A stretch of DNA of 24,275 nt from a virus (lineage: Duplodnaviria > Caudoviricetes). Where the stretch lies: positions 1 to 24,275 of the IMG/VR virus record IMGVR_UViG_3300025751_000149. One strand, 5' to 3'. Every line of letters begins with the position of its first letter. Within the stretch, counting starts at the first letter, position 1. The notes below the pieces were generated by a model. It was not told the origin of the DNA and made no database searches. It saw nothing but the letters and a program-made list of their open reading frames with translations. A program made the position numbers and the translations under genes. Below are positions 13,101 through 24,110 of the stretch, in pieces.

Positions 13101-16100
13101 AACAGCATGGAAGACCGCTTCCGTGATGTGTTCAACCGTCAGTTCTACGTCAGTCAAGTTATTGATGCTGACGAGCTTTACGCTGAGCTAGACGTTCCAG
13201 TATCTAAAGAAATCGAAAGCATTCGATTTGGCGATGCCACCGGCAATACAGGTCAATACAACGATATCTACATCAACTTTGCTGAAAAGCATGGTTGGAG
13301 TGATGGCGGAGACGCATGGTTTAACATGCGTGACTTTACTGACCAATCTGACAAACTGTGGTCTGGGGAATGCAACATCATCAACCGACGAAGCGAGGGT
13401 ACTCGTCGCTACATCACCACAGACAATCCTCATCGCCTTAGCACCAACTACCGTGTTCGAGTATTCAACTTTGATGACGGTGACGGTAACGAAGCCGAGT
13501 TCAACGGGGATTGGATTGTTGCTGGAACCAGTAATGCTACTGAGTTCTACTACGACGTAGATACAGGAAACAGCCTCACCACTACGAACGAGGCGGCTGG
13601 GGTTGTCTCTGGTCGCATCCGTCGTGCGTACTTCCTTGACGATGTTTTCAACACTGGAATTACGTGGCGTCGTCGTACTGGGAATGTTGTGAGGATGTAC
13701 CTAGATGCCAACCACGGTATGCAGGTTGGCGAATGGCTTCGCATCTCGAACTGTACCGGTTCGCAGCCAGAAGAGTTTAATGGCGAATGGCAGATTACTG
13801 CTGTCCCGAGCGCCCGTGAAGTTGAGTGGATTAGCCCCAATACGGGCACCATCGCTCAGCAGAACATCGACGGAACCGTTTGGGCTAGCCGACAGATTCG
13901 TGCCTTTGACGAGCCGCAATACACCTTTGCTGTTGCTGGTCGAGAAATGCTTTCTCACAACATTATTCAAATTGAAACCCAGTTCGAGCACGGTTTTGAT
14001 TCTGGAATGACTGTCAACATCAGTGGTATGTCTGGCAACAACACTGGAGTTTTCAACGGAACATTTGACGTAATCAGTGCTGTTGATGACACCCATTTCA
14101 CGTTGACAAGGCCCACTCAGACCAACGTTACGCAGTTCAATGTTACAAACAGAAGTAGGACTTCGTTCCTGTGCGATGTAACTTTGAACACAACGCACAA
14201 CTTCCAACCGGGCGACACGGTAGTCATTTCGAATATGACTGGAACCAACATCGAGTCCTTCAACGGAACTCATGTGATTACAGCTGTACCTGCTACCAAC
14301 AGAATTCAATTTGTTGACCCGCTTGGTGGCGACGGAACAATTGCTGCTGCTTCGGTAACAGGAGTTTGTCAGCTAGAGCGAGTCCCCCTTGCAGCATCTA
14401 GCGGGACAATTCGACTCAATAGCTACAACAGCTCTGGATATAACATCACTTCATACGCCGACCTTGTAGAGACATCGACTGATGGCTACAACGGCATTAT
14501 GGTCACTGACACCGCAATCCCGGGTCTTAACAACCGTGACACGTACTACGTCCAAAAGGTTGACGACAATACAATTCGCTTGTCTGAGGACCCAAGTTTT
14601 GTCAACATCGCTGACATTCAGGGTGTTGGTGTTGGCAACCACTCTATTATCAACAAGTCAGTTGATTACGAGAATGACACAATCACCATTCCAAACCACG
14701 GATTCTCACTTGCAGAACTTGTCGAGTACGACACTGGTGGCGGAACTGCAATCGGCGGTTTGACTACAGCTACTCCGTATTATGTGGTTCCCATTGATGG
14801 AAACACTTTGCAGCTGGCTACATCTGTATCCAACGCAAACAACGGTGTTGCTATTGATTTGACAACAGCTACAACCCCGACTGGCAACCACACGTTGAAG
14901 TCCTTGATTAGAACTCCTGATGGCACATACACCATTAGTAATGTTCCAAGCTCTACAACATTCGAAGTAACTGCTAACGGTTCAGTTCCTGAAATTGTCA
15001 AGACCTTTGACCCGCAGTTCACGGTTGACCTAGAGCAAAACGTCATCAAGATTCCTTCTCACGGGTTCTTGACTGGAACCAAGGTTACATACAGCCCCAA
15101 TGGGGGGACTGCTCTTGGTGGTCTAACTGCTGACACGGTGTACTACGCAATTGCTGTCAACAAGGACTTCATCAAAATTGCTGACACAGCGGAAAACGCT
15201 GCTTCTGGCATCCCTCTCCATATTCTAACAATTGGAGCAGGAACCGAGCATCTATTTACTTCAGCCCAAATCAACGGTCAGATTACTGGTACCGGTACCG
15301 TAAGTACCGAAGTTGATTCGGTGTTGGTGAACGGTTCAGGTACCACCTTCTCCAAGATTCTGAAGGTTGGCGATGTATTCCGCCTCTTCCCGCCAGACAT
15401 TGAGTTGAAGTCATACTTTGAAGCATCAGATGTTGATGATTCAGCTGACGAGATTCTTGCTGCTAACCATCCGTTTGTGACGGGTGAGTCCGTGCTGTTC
15501 AATGCTGGCTCCGGTGGTCGTCGTGTCGGTATCTCAAGAATCCAGAGCTCTGGAACAACTCGATACATCTACACAAGCGAGACCCACGGGTACTCAATTG
15601 GAGATACAGTCACCATCTCTGGGCTTAGCAGTGATGACGCTGAGGACTTTGAGGGTACGTATGTTCTTACATACGCCACTGGTCAGGAAATCCGTTACAC
15701 GGCATCTGAAAGCTTCACCCTTGGTGTCGAGAACCAAGACTGGGGCGGTGTAGTAGACCCAGAAGGTCCAGATGGTGTTGCTCCAGCACCACTCATCAAC
15801 GACCGTTACTACTATGTTCGTCGCATTGAGGATGCTGCTGTTCGAGCAATTACTGCTCGTTATCGAACAAGCAATGTTGTCAGAATTACAACAAGCGCTG
15901 CTCACAACTTGCAGCCCGGTAACGTTGTAACAATTGACAGCATTACTGGTGTAAGCCCAGAGGTGTTCAACGGAACGCACACAATTATTGCGGTGCCATC
16001 GTCCACCACATTTGAGTTCAACTCAAATGGAGCAAACATCTCTAACGCTGGTGTCACAGGCAATGTGAACAACACAAGTAGCAACCTTGTGACACTACAC

Positions 16101-18770
16101 CCGAGCTATGAAGATGCGTTGGCTAACACAAATGCCATTGACCTTGCTACTCAAGGTTCTGGTAGCCAGTTGTACCTCAACCACGTTACGCCGTCTGCTC
16201 CTATCATTCGTGAGATTGCAGCTATCGGTTCGGATGAGCAGGTCACCGTAAGTCGCCCATACACGACGGCTTACGAGAATGTTTCCTACTCGTACCCGAC
16301 CTTCGTATACGTGCGTCCTCAGGGGTACTCACTACACCGCCCGTTCGACGGTGGTGTTGAAATGTCTACCGGTGCTGATACTTGGTACGGGTCGATTGTT
16401 CGTCAGACCCGTAAGTACTTCCGTTACCAGTCCGGTAAGGGTATCCAGACTTCGGCTGCTGTGAACTTCAAGCCCAGCATTGACATCGAAACAATGTACC
16501 GAGTTGGAACCTCGAACGTTGTTCAGATTCGTACCCGACGCCCGCACGGTCTCATCAACGGTCTGTTTATTCGAGTTGACGACGCCAAGGACCAGTACGG
16601 CGTAGACAGCCCCGTCTACAACGGAACCTTCCAAGTAACCGTGATTGACTCGTTCAACCTCACTGTTATTTCCCAGCAACCTATTGTTGAGCCGGTCGTC
16701 TACGGATACCCGAGACTCCACGTTGACGCTTGGACAAACGGTGCTATTCGTTCCGGTATGTTCGACTTCCAGAACGGTATGTTCTACGAGTTCGACGGTC
16801 AGAAGCTCTACGCAGTTCGTCGTTCTTCGACTCAGCAGATTGCCGGAACGTTCGCCTGCCTGCAGGGTTCCGAGAAGGTATTTGGCACCAACACGGCGTT
16901 CGAGACGCAGCTGAATGTTGGCGACTACATCGTCCTTCGTGGTCAGTCATATCGCATTGCTGACATTGAGTCAAATGACCGTCTTACGATTAAGCCCGAA
17001 TACAAGGGTGCTTCTGGTACAGAACGTGAATTTGACCCAAGCACTGTTGTAAATACGACCACAGATACCTTCACCATCCTGAGCCACGGGTACACCCAAG
17101 ACCTTCCTGTGGTCTACAACTCAATTGATGGTGAGCCGGTTGGTGGTTTGGTAAACGGACGTACTTACTACGTTGAGGTTCTGACAAGCAACACCTTTAA
17201 GCTGAAGGCAAGCCCAGACGCCGGAACTACCGTAAACCTTTCTTCGCAGGGGACAACAACAGTCCACTCGTTTACTCCTGCTAAGACGGGCATTATTGGT
17301 ACGTTGACTGTTGACACCAAGATTCCTCAGGAAGATTGGAGTTTGGACCCCTGTAACGGAACTGGTCCTACTGGCTACAACCTTGACCTGTCCAAGATTC
17401 AGATGGTTTACATGGACTACTCGTGGTACGGTGCCGGTAAAATTCGATTCGGCTTCAAGACCGTCGAAGGTCAAGTTAAGTACGTACACGAGTTCACTCA
17501 CAACAACCAGTTGTTTGAGTCCTACTTCCGCTCTGGTAACTTGCCAGCTCGTTACGAAGTCACAACCTTTGCGAACCCGACATACATCCCGTCGCTGTTC
17601 CACTGGGGTACTTCGGTCATCATGGACGGTGAGTTTGACGACGACAAGGCGTACTTGTTCACCAAGTCAAGCCAGACTCTTAACATTGGTGGTACGACCT
17701 CTAAGACATTTGGTTCAAATGCTCTGAGCAACATCACTGATGTTATCAACATTCCGTCACATGGTTTCTCTGATGGAGATGCTGTTCAGTTCTTGGGACT
17801 TGGTTCAAACGGTCTGCCTCAGAACAACAACCAAAACCCACGAACCCAGTACGTAGGGTCTTACTATCCGTATGACTACCTAATCAACGAAACCACGTAC
17901 TACATCAAAACTGTTGATGATAACAACATTGCTCTGGCGTTCACCGAAGCTGATGCTACGAGAAGTGAAGTTCCCATCACTAGCATCTCAAAGTCAAACT
18001 ACTTGGTAACTGTTGACACGAATGGCAGCCACAATCTACAAGTAAATGATTACGTGTTCATTCGTATTAGCCCTCAATACACGAACTACCTTGCTTACTC
18101 TGGGGTAGTCCGAGTGTCTCAGATTGTTGATGCCAACACATTTAGGTACTACCAATACAGCTACCAACGTAGTTCCAGCACCATCAGCAACCCGCAGAAC
18201 TCGTTCTTCCAGCGGAACATTATCAACTTCTACAACAGTGGAAACTCGCAGTCCACTTACAAGTTGTCTCCGCAAGGTTCGTTGAACAATACGTCTGGTA
18301 CTAACTACCAGCCACTCATCTCTATCCGACTGAGCCCCTCGGTTTCAGAAGGTTTGACGGGTGCATTGGGTGACCGAGACGTTATTAACCGAATGCAGTT
18401 GCGTCTGCAGGAAGTTGGTGTTCAGACCAACGAGTTGATTGATGTGAAGATTCTTCTGAATGGACGACTCAATAACTTGAACTTCATCGCTGTAGAATCA
18501 CCATCGCTGGTTCAAGTCGTGGAGCACACATCAAATGACACCATTTCCGGTGGTATTCAGGTGTATAACTTCAAGGCATCTGGTAACAACGGTGTTGAGC
18601 AGTCAACTAACGTTGATGTGAGCGACTTGTTTGAGCTCTCAAACTCCATCCTCGGAGGTGACTCGGTGTTCCCGGACGGGCCCGACATCCTCACCGTGGC
18701 GGTTGCTCGTCTGACCGGTCAAGAAACATTGGCCTCAGCGAAACTGTCATGGGGCGAGGCTCAGGCGTAA
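10101..18770 (+). CDS. Giant (2889 aa) modular virion structural protein with 'HGF..G..V.Y' repeats, FCCH-like beta repeats, an ALK/LTK-like Gly-rich domain and a conserved C-terminal core
   Basis: Many 'IP.HGF..G..V.Y....GL....YYV....F.L' and 'T...H....G..V.IS....FNG...(I/V)T.V...F' units. Gly-rich domain ~10580-11480. Core motifs RQTRKYFRYQSGKG, GMFDFQNGMFYEFDG and MDYSWYGAGKIRFGF. No signal peptide. Confidence 0.88.
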   Translation: MALLNITAVGGAGTHTLQKTNVNLDEDFVYFPGRDSATTLSSQVTDESAWVFREGTGDLVGIDSDSVYFLNADDFSVGFSATAGGSNIDITNFAAGTVTFNFPNVYNQQFNLSQVKYEDQQAVKYVTDGDAITGLVSGNVYYVKNLLTGLGGSSTYNFTTHTFTTGGAEGRYGPTISQLRTEYEGAGATWASQYLSQGDYQGYQDWEVPVDGVYEFHVKGASGRVGRANAGLGAAVKGRVRLNRGEIITIAVGQVGELPPNNTTWPASSGGTFVVRKDGNIPLFVAGGGSSSSNTTSARNANGNGQTTNQGGRSQQYNSGFGVDGNGGAGRSTGGAGGGFYGNGGNSERGGGGQGFQSGLIGGYPAGSSSGGGGFGGGAGSDGQTWGGPGAAGGYSGGATNARVGSYYCGGGGSWIIATATDVATSTGTYNGSSQLLGRDITTIDYNDSNADGSVEVTLVESSVYGFVLHQSPEDAAQDLNEIEVEPAGSSYHALIPLTVDVDSNQVHFTSPHGFFAGKAVNYFYEGTPVSTLNESSVYYIDVVDDYSFRLSTTPDPDYTTVNLTAASSATSEGFNDVVVNLDTNSFTVPNHGFLANQPVRYRTDEQDPIVPLQDNATYYVKEVIDANRFTLSQSLDGPVLDLTALGEGRGHSFVFTVVNEFEDSIYIPSHGFVTGQTVQYAKSRDYEIKRLYSSGVYKYVDIDTDGGFDGNQFLLFDNVERPSERALFPQLEITSFRSSGTTRYITTSANHGLQNQMFVEVSGLPATSVAIDRRWNGFWRVTGIQSANEFSYTAEESFTQNATDGPEGAVMQRDLDYEYFLGERRVKIRGIQSSGRNRYIYCDRPHYHANGYLIKIEGIPDENYGGYFNGEWFKSADWNPGALGDISSEYGFYWTAGSSPIGEDENITFPYFQLPTDVYATVVGFGRIDNIETGINGARTRLRYRNDFASLTQAEELDVSGFVSKRGGYVESRRLDRRTRIYFNLDYNHDRIVGDRITVNSMEDRFRDVFNRQFYVSQVIDADELYAELDVPVSKEIESIRFGDATGNTGQYNDIYINFAEKHGWSDGGDAWFNMRDFTDQSDKLWSGECNIINRRSEGTRRYITTDNPHRLSTNYRVRVFNFDDGDGNEAEFNGDWIVAGTSNATEFYYDVDTGNSLTTTNEAAGVVSGRIRRAYFLDDVFNTGITWRRRTGNVVRMYLDANHGMQVGEWLRISNCTGSQPEEFNGEWQITAVPSAREVEWISPNTGTIAQQNIDGTVWASRQIRAFDEPQYTFAVAGREMLSHNIIQIETQFEHGFDSGMTVNISGMSGNNTGVFNGTFDVISAVDDTHFTLTRPTQTNVTQFNVTNRSRTSFLCDVTLNTTHNFQPGDTVVISNMTGTNIESFNGTHVITAVPATNRIQFVDPLGGDGTIAAASVTGVCQLERVPLAASSGTIRLNSYNSSGYNITSYADLVETSTDGYNGIMVTDTAIPGLNNRDTYYVQKVDDNTIRLSEDPSFVNIADIQGVGVGNHSIINKSVDYENDTITIPNHGFSLAELVEYDTGGGTAIGGLTTATPYYVVPIDGNTLQLATSVSNANNGVAIDLTTATTPTGNHTLKSLIRTPDGTYTISNVPSSTTFEVTANGSVPEIVKTFDPQFTVDLEQNVIKIPSHGFLTGTKVTYSPNGGTALGGLTADTVYYAIAVNKDFIKIADTAENAASGIPLHILTIGAGTEHLFTSAQINGQITGTGTVSTEVDSVLVNGSGTTFSKILKVGDVFRLFPPDIELKSYFEASDVDDSADEILAANHPFVTGESVLFNAGSGGRRVGISRIQSSGTTRYIYTSETHGYSIGDTVTISGLSSDDAEDFEGTYVLTYATGQEIRYTASESFTLGVENQDWGGVVDPEGPDGVAPAPLINDRYYYVRRIEDAAVRAITARYRTSNVVRITTSAAHNLQPGNVVTIDSITGVSPEVFNGTHTIIAVPSSTTFEFNSNGANISNAGVTGNVNNTSSNLVTLHPSYEDALANTNAIDLATQGSGSQLYLNHVTPSAPIIREIAAIGSDEQVTVSRPYTTAYENVSYSYPTFVYVRPQGYSLHRPFDGGVEMSTGADTWYGSIVRQTRKYFRYQSGKGIQTSAAVNFKPSIDIETMYRVGTSNVVQIRTRRPHGLINGLFIRVDDAKDQYGVDSPVYNGTFQVTVIDSFNLTVISQQPIVEPVVYGYPRLHVDAWTNGAIRSGMFDFQNGMFYEFDGQKLYAVRRSSTQQIAGTFACLQGSEKVFGTNTAFETQLNVGDYIVLRGQSYRIADIESNDRLTIKPEYKGASGTEREFDPSTVVNTTTDTFTILSHGYTQDLPVVYNSIDGEPVGGLVNGRTYYVEVLTSNTFKLKASPDAGTTVNLSSQGTTTVHSFTPAKTGIIGTLTVDTKIPQEDWSLDPCNGTGPTGYNLDLSKIQMVYMDYSWYGAGKIRFGFKTVEGQVKYVHEFTHNNQLFESYFRSGNLPARYEVTTFANPTYIPSLFHWGTSVIMDGEFDDDKAYLFTKSSQTLNIGGTTSKTFGSNALSNITDVINIPSHGFSDGDAVQFLGLGSNGLPQNNNQNPRTQYVGSYYPYDYLINETTYYIKTVDDNNIALAFTEADATRSEVPITSISKSNYLVTVDTNGSHNLQVNDYVFIRISPQYTNYLAYSGVVRVSQIVDANTFRYYQYSYQRSSSTISNPQNSFFQRNIINFYNSGNSQSTYKLSPQGSLNNTSGTNYQPLISIRLSPSVSEGLTGALGDRDVINRMQLRLQEVGVQTNELIDVKILLNGRLNNLNFIAVESPSLVQVVEHTSNDTISGGIQVYNFKASGNNGVEQSTNVDVSDLFELSNSILGGDSVFPDGPDILTVAVARLTGQETLASAKLSWGEAQA

Positions 18771-18782
18771 GGAGAGGCGCAG

Positions 18783-19871
18783 ATGGCTATTCAAAGACTT
18801 GCTGCGGCAAGGCCACAAGCAAATGTCGATACAGGCATGGTTACATTTACGGACAGCTATTTGGTGTCCGTGGTTGTCACCAACATCTCACCTTCGGCAA
18901 CCCCAATTCCTAGAGTAGCCATTTTCATTGTTCCCTCAGGAGCGTCAACAGAAGGTTCCTACGTTTACCTTGCAAATAATCTAGACATCGGTTTCGGGCA
19001 AAGTTTTGAGACTTTTAGATTTGCTGTAAACCCGGGTGACGGTCTATTTGTTAGGTCTTCTCAGGCTACGGTGTCTTTTAGCGCTTATGGTCTTCTCCAA
19101 GACGATGCAATTGGTCAAGGAGATTTGTCTCTTACGTTTACAAACAAAGTTATTCGTGGCGTAGACAACACTCTTTACTTAGACATCGGGGATACTGCAG
19201 ACCGACGCTCTGATGCCGAGGTTGGCTATGTCCGCTTCAATACCGAGTACAGCGCCCTTGAGGTTCTGACAGGTAGCGAATGGGAGCTTGTTGGTACCGG
19301 AACTGGGGACGGAGCTACTGGACCGACTGGACCTACAGGTCCCATCGGTGACACGGGACCAACCGGTCCTGAAGTAACCGGTCCCACCGGACCCACCGGG
19401 CCCACTGGACCTTCTGGAGGACCAACAGGACCAACTGGAGCCACAGGACCAACAGGCCCGGGTGGCGGTGCAATTGACGTTGCCAACACAACAGATACAA
19501 CAACCTTTGTTGGTCTTTATGAGGACGCCACCGGAACCATTGGTGGTAAAACAAACTCTGGAATTGTGTACAACGCCAGTACAGAGGTTCTTACGGTAAC
19601 GGCAGTCGAGACGGGTTCAATCAACGCTCCGTCTAGTTTGACCGGTACCTACACCCTCACATCACCTACAACCATCACGCTGGACCCAGTTGATGAAATC
19701 ATCAACGATGCTCCGATGAAGCTGGTCAGTAAGACAGTCCTTGAGCTGTCAACCTTGGTATCAAGTGCGGGTTCTATCGTCTACTGCACAGATGAAACTG
19801 GCGGACCAGTTCTTGCTTTTTATGACGGTACTGACTGGCGGAGGGTGACCGACCGAGCGGTGGTCCAGTAA
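18783..19871 (+). CDS. Short collagen-containing structural protein with an 'ETFRF' N-terminal beta-domain
   Basis: AAGGAGAGG SD. N-terminal ~110 aa is paralogous to the 21511 gene. Contains 'GYVRFNTE...LE' and C-terminal '[27 protein letters not shown]' fibre-type motifs and a short GPT tract. Confidence 0.85.
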   Translation: MAIQRLAAARPQANVDTGMVTFTDSYLVSVVVTNISPSATPIPRVAIFIVPSGASTEGSYVYLANNLDIGFGQSFETFRFAVNPGDGLFVRSSQATVSFSAYGLLQDDAIGQGDLSLTFTNKVIRGVDNTLYLDIGDTADRRSDAEVGYVRFNTEYSALEVLTGSEWELVGTGTGDGATGPTGPTGPIGDTGPTGPEVTGPTGPTGPTGPSGGPTGPTGATGPTGPGGGAIDVANTTDTTTFVGLYEDATGTIGGKTNSGIVYNASTEVLTVTAVETGSINAPSSLTGTYTLTSPTTITLDPVDEIINDAPMKLVSKTVLELSTLVSSAGSIVYCTDETGGPVLAFYDGTDWRRVTDRAVVQ

Positions 19872-21436
19872 TGTCTGACGAGTTGCGGGAGTACACAGTT
19901 ACCGCACCAGACATGGATATCACAGATTCCATCTGGGACGACCTGCTCACTGATGCGCCAACTCCTGACACAATCCCCGACAGGTCAGTGGAAGTAGCTA
20001 ACGAGCGTACAAACAATCCTCGCAACACTTCTTACTTTCTTACTGATGCTGAAGCCGAGGCTCTTCGTCAGGACCCTCGTGTAGAGGCTGTAGAGAATGT
20101 CTCCGAAATCCCCGTGCGAAAGCGTGCTTTTCTAGACGGAAATTTCAACAAGCTAACAACCCAGACCGGAGAAAAGCAGAACTGGGGCCTGCTGCGTCAC
20201 ATTAATGCGACGAATGTTTTTGGGACTTCCACTTCTGACCCCGGTGGAACTTATGATTATGTTCTAGACGGCACGGGAGTAGATGTCGTAATTGTTGACA
20301 GCGGAATTCAAGCTGACCACCCCGAGTTCGAAGATGCTGAAGGTAACAGCAGGATTCAGCAAATTGATTGGTATACCGCCAGTGGCGTTTCTGGTTCAAT
20401 GCCAGCAGGGTTCTACGTTGACTACGACGGACACGGAACTCATGTTGCCGGAACAGTGGCAGGCAAAACTTTCGGCTGGGCAAAGAATGCCAATATTTAT
20501 GTCATTAAGTTGGCTGGCCTTGAGGGTGCGTCAGACCCTGTAGGAGGCATGAGCGCTGCAGACGCTTTTGACTGCATCCTTGGGTGGCACAACAATAAAA
20601 CCAATGGAAACCCCACGGTTGTTGTGAATAGTTGGTCGTACATCATCTACTGGGATGAAGCGACCGACGAACTTACTTACAACGAAGTCACTTACTATCC
20701 GGTAACAGGTGGTTCCTATCAAGGTGTACCGCATAGCGATACAACAAAGGACACTGCTAAGGGTTTAACTGGTCAACAAGTTGATACAACACTTTTTGTT
20801 TTCAATCAGAGAGTCGCCTCAGTAGATGCTGATATTGCCTCAATGATTAGTGCTGGAATTGTTGTGTGCAACGCTGCTGGCAATGGCGGTCTGAAGCACG
20901 ATGTGTCCGGTGGAGTTGATTACGATAACTACGTGACAGCCACCGGTCTGTCAAACTTCTACTACCACAGAGGTGCCTCTCCTTCCGTTAACGGCTCTTC
21001 TGGATTTGAGGTTGGCTCATTTGGCACAAACTTCATCGGTGGTGTGGAGGCAAAGTCTGTTTACAGCGATGCTGGCCCCGGAGTAAATATTTATGCCGCT
21101 GGGGACAGAATTATTAGTGCTTACAGCATTACCAATGCAGATTCTGCCAGCAATCCTTACTACTTAGACAATGGGTATTACCAGCAGGTTCTTTCCGGGA
21201 CTTCCATGGCTACTCCTCAGGTAGCCGGAATGTGTGCCCTGCTTTTCCAAGCTCACAGGGACTGGACACCTGCTCAGGTTGTTGGCTGGATGCAGGGAAA
21301 TTCTAAGACTATCCTGCACACCACGGGCCTCAGCGATGACTACTCCACCACAAACAGCGTGTACGGCGGACCAAATAGGATTGCTTACCTGCCAATGGCT
21401 GGTCAAAGACCATTTTCCCTAAGTGAAGTAGCATAA
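19871..21436 (+). CDS. Subtilisin-like serine protease (peptidase S8) with N-terminal propeptide-like region
   Basis: Catalytic triad motifs VVIVDSG (Asp 20297), HGTHVAG (His 20432), GTSMATP (Ser 21203) and oxyanion AAGN. I9-like 'LTDAEAEALRQDPRVEAVE'. TAATG overlap with the upstream gene. Confidence 0.95.
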   Translation: MSDELREYTVTAPDMDITDSIWDDLLTDAPTPDTIPDRSVEVANERTNNPRNTSYFLTDAEAEALRQDPRVEAVENVSEIPVRKRAFLDGNFNKLTTQTGEKQNWGLLRHINATNVFGTSTSDPGGTYDYVLDGTGVDVVIVDSGIQADHPEFEDAEGNSRIQQIDWYTASGVSGSMPAGFYVDYDGHGTHVAGTVAGKTFGWAKNANIYVIKLAGLEGASDPVGGMSAADAFDCILGWHNNKTNGNPTVVVNSWSYIIYWDEATDELTYNEVTYYPVTGGSYQGVPHSDTTKDTAKGLTGQQVDTTLFVFNQRVASVDADIASMISAGIVVCNAAGNGGLKHDVSGGVDYDNYVTATGLSNFYYHRGASPSVNGSSGFEVGSFGTNFIGGVEAKSVYSDAGPGVNIYAAGDRIISAYSITNADSASNPYYLDNGYYQQVLSGTSMATPQVAGMCALLFQAHRDWTPAQVVGWMQGNSKTILHTTGLSDDYSTTNSVYGGPNRIAYLPMAGQRPFSLSEVA

Positions 21437-21465
21437 AGTCAGGGTTGGGTATAGATGATGTGTAG

Positions 21466-21493
21466 TAAACTAGATAATAGATTTCCTAGGAAA
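21466..21493 (+). promoter_or_regulatory. Putative -10 element (TAAACT) followed by the perfect palindrome TTTCCTAGGAAA
   Basis: TAAACT at 21466-21471 and a 12-bp palindrome at 21482-21493 in a 74-nt intergenic gap. Confidence 0.35.
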
Positions 21494-21510
21494 GTGACGG
21501 TGGCTGTCTA

Positions 21511-24053
<2,543 letters not shown>

Positions 24054-24056
24054 CCC

Positions 24057-24109
24057 ATTTCTCTCCGCCAACTGTTATAGTGGTCTTGCCACTGCAGATG
24101 GAGAGAAAT
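24057..24109 (+). promoter_or_regulatory. Inverted repeat pairing with the SD of the methyltransferase gene, with an extended -10-like element in the loop
   Basis: ATTTCTCTCC (24057-24066) is the exact reverse complement of GGAGAGAAAT (24100-24109). TGTTATAGT lies at 24073-24081; inner stem AGTGG/CCACT. Confidence 0.6.
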
Positions 24110-24110
24110 A

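Noticed and set aside
10101-18770. Intein or self-splicing intron explaining the nested insertions
   Set aside because: No C/S...HN-C/S/T splice motifs or homing endonuclease signatures were seen at the insert borders; the inserts are copies of the protein's own repeats.
24057-24109. Intrinsic terminator after the last fibre gene
   Set aside because: The stem has a long loop and no downstream U-tract; pairing with the SD fits translational control better.
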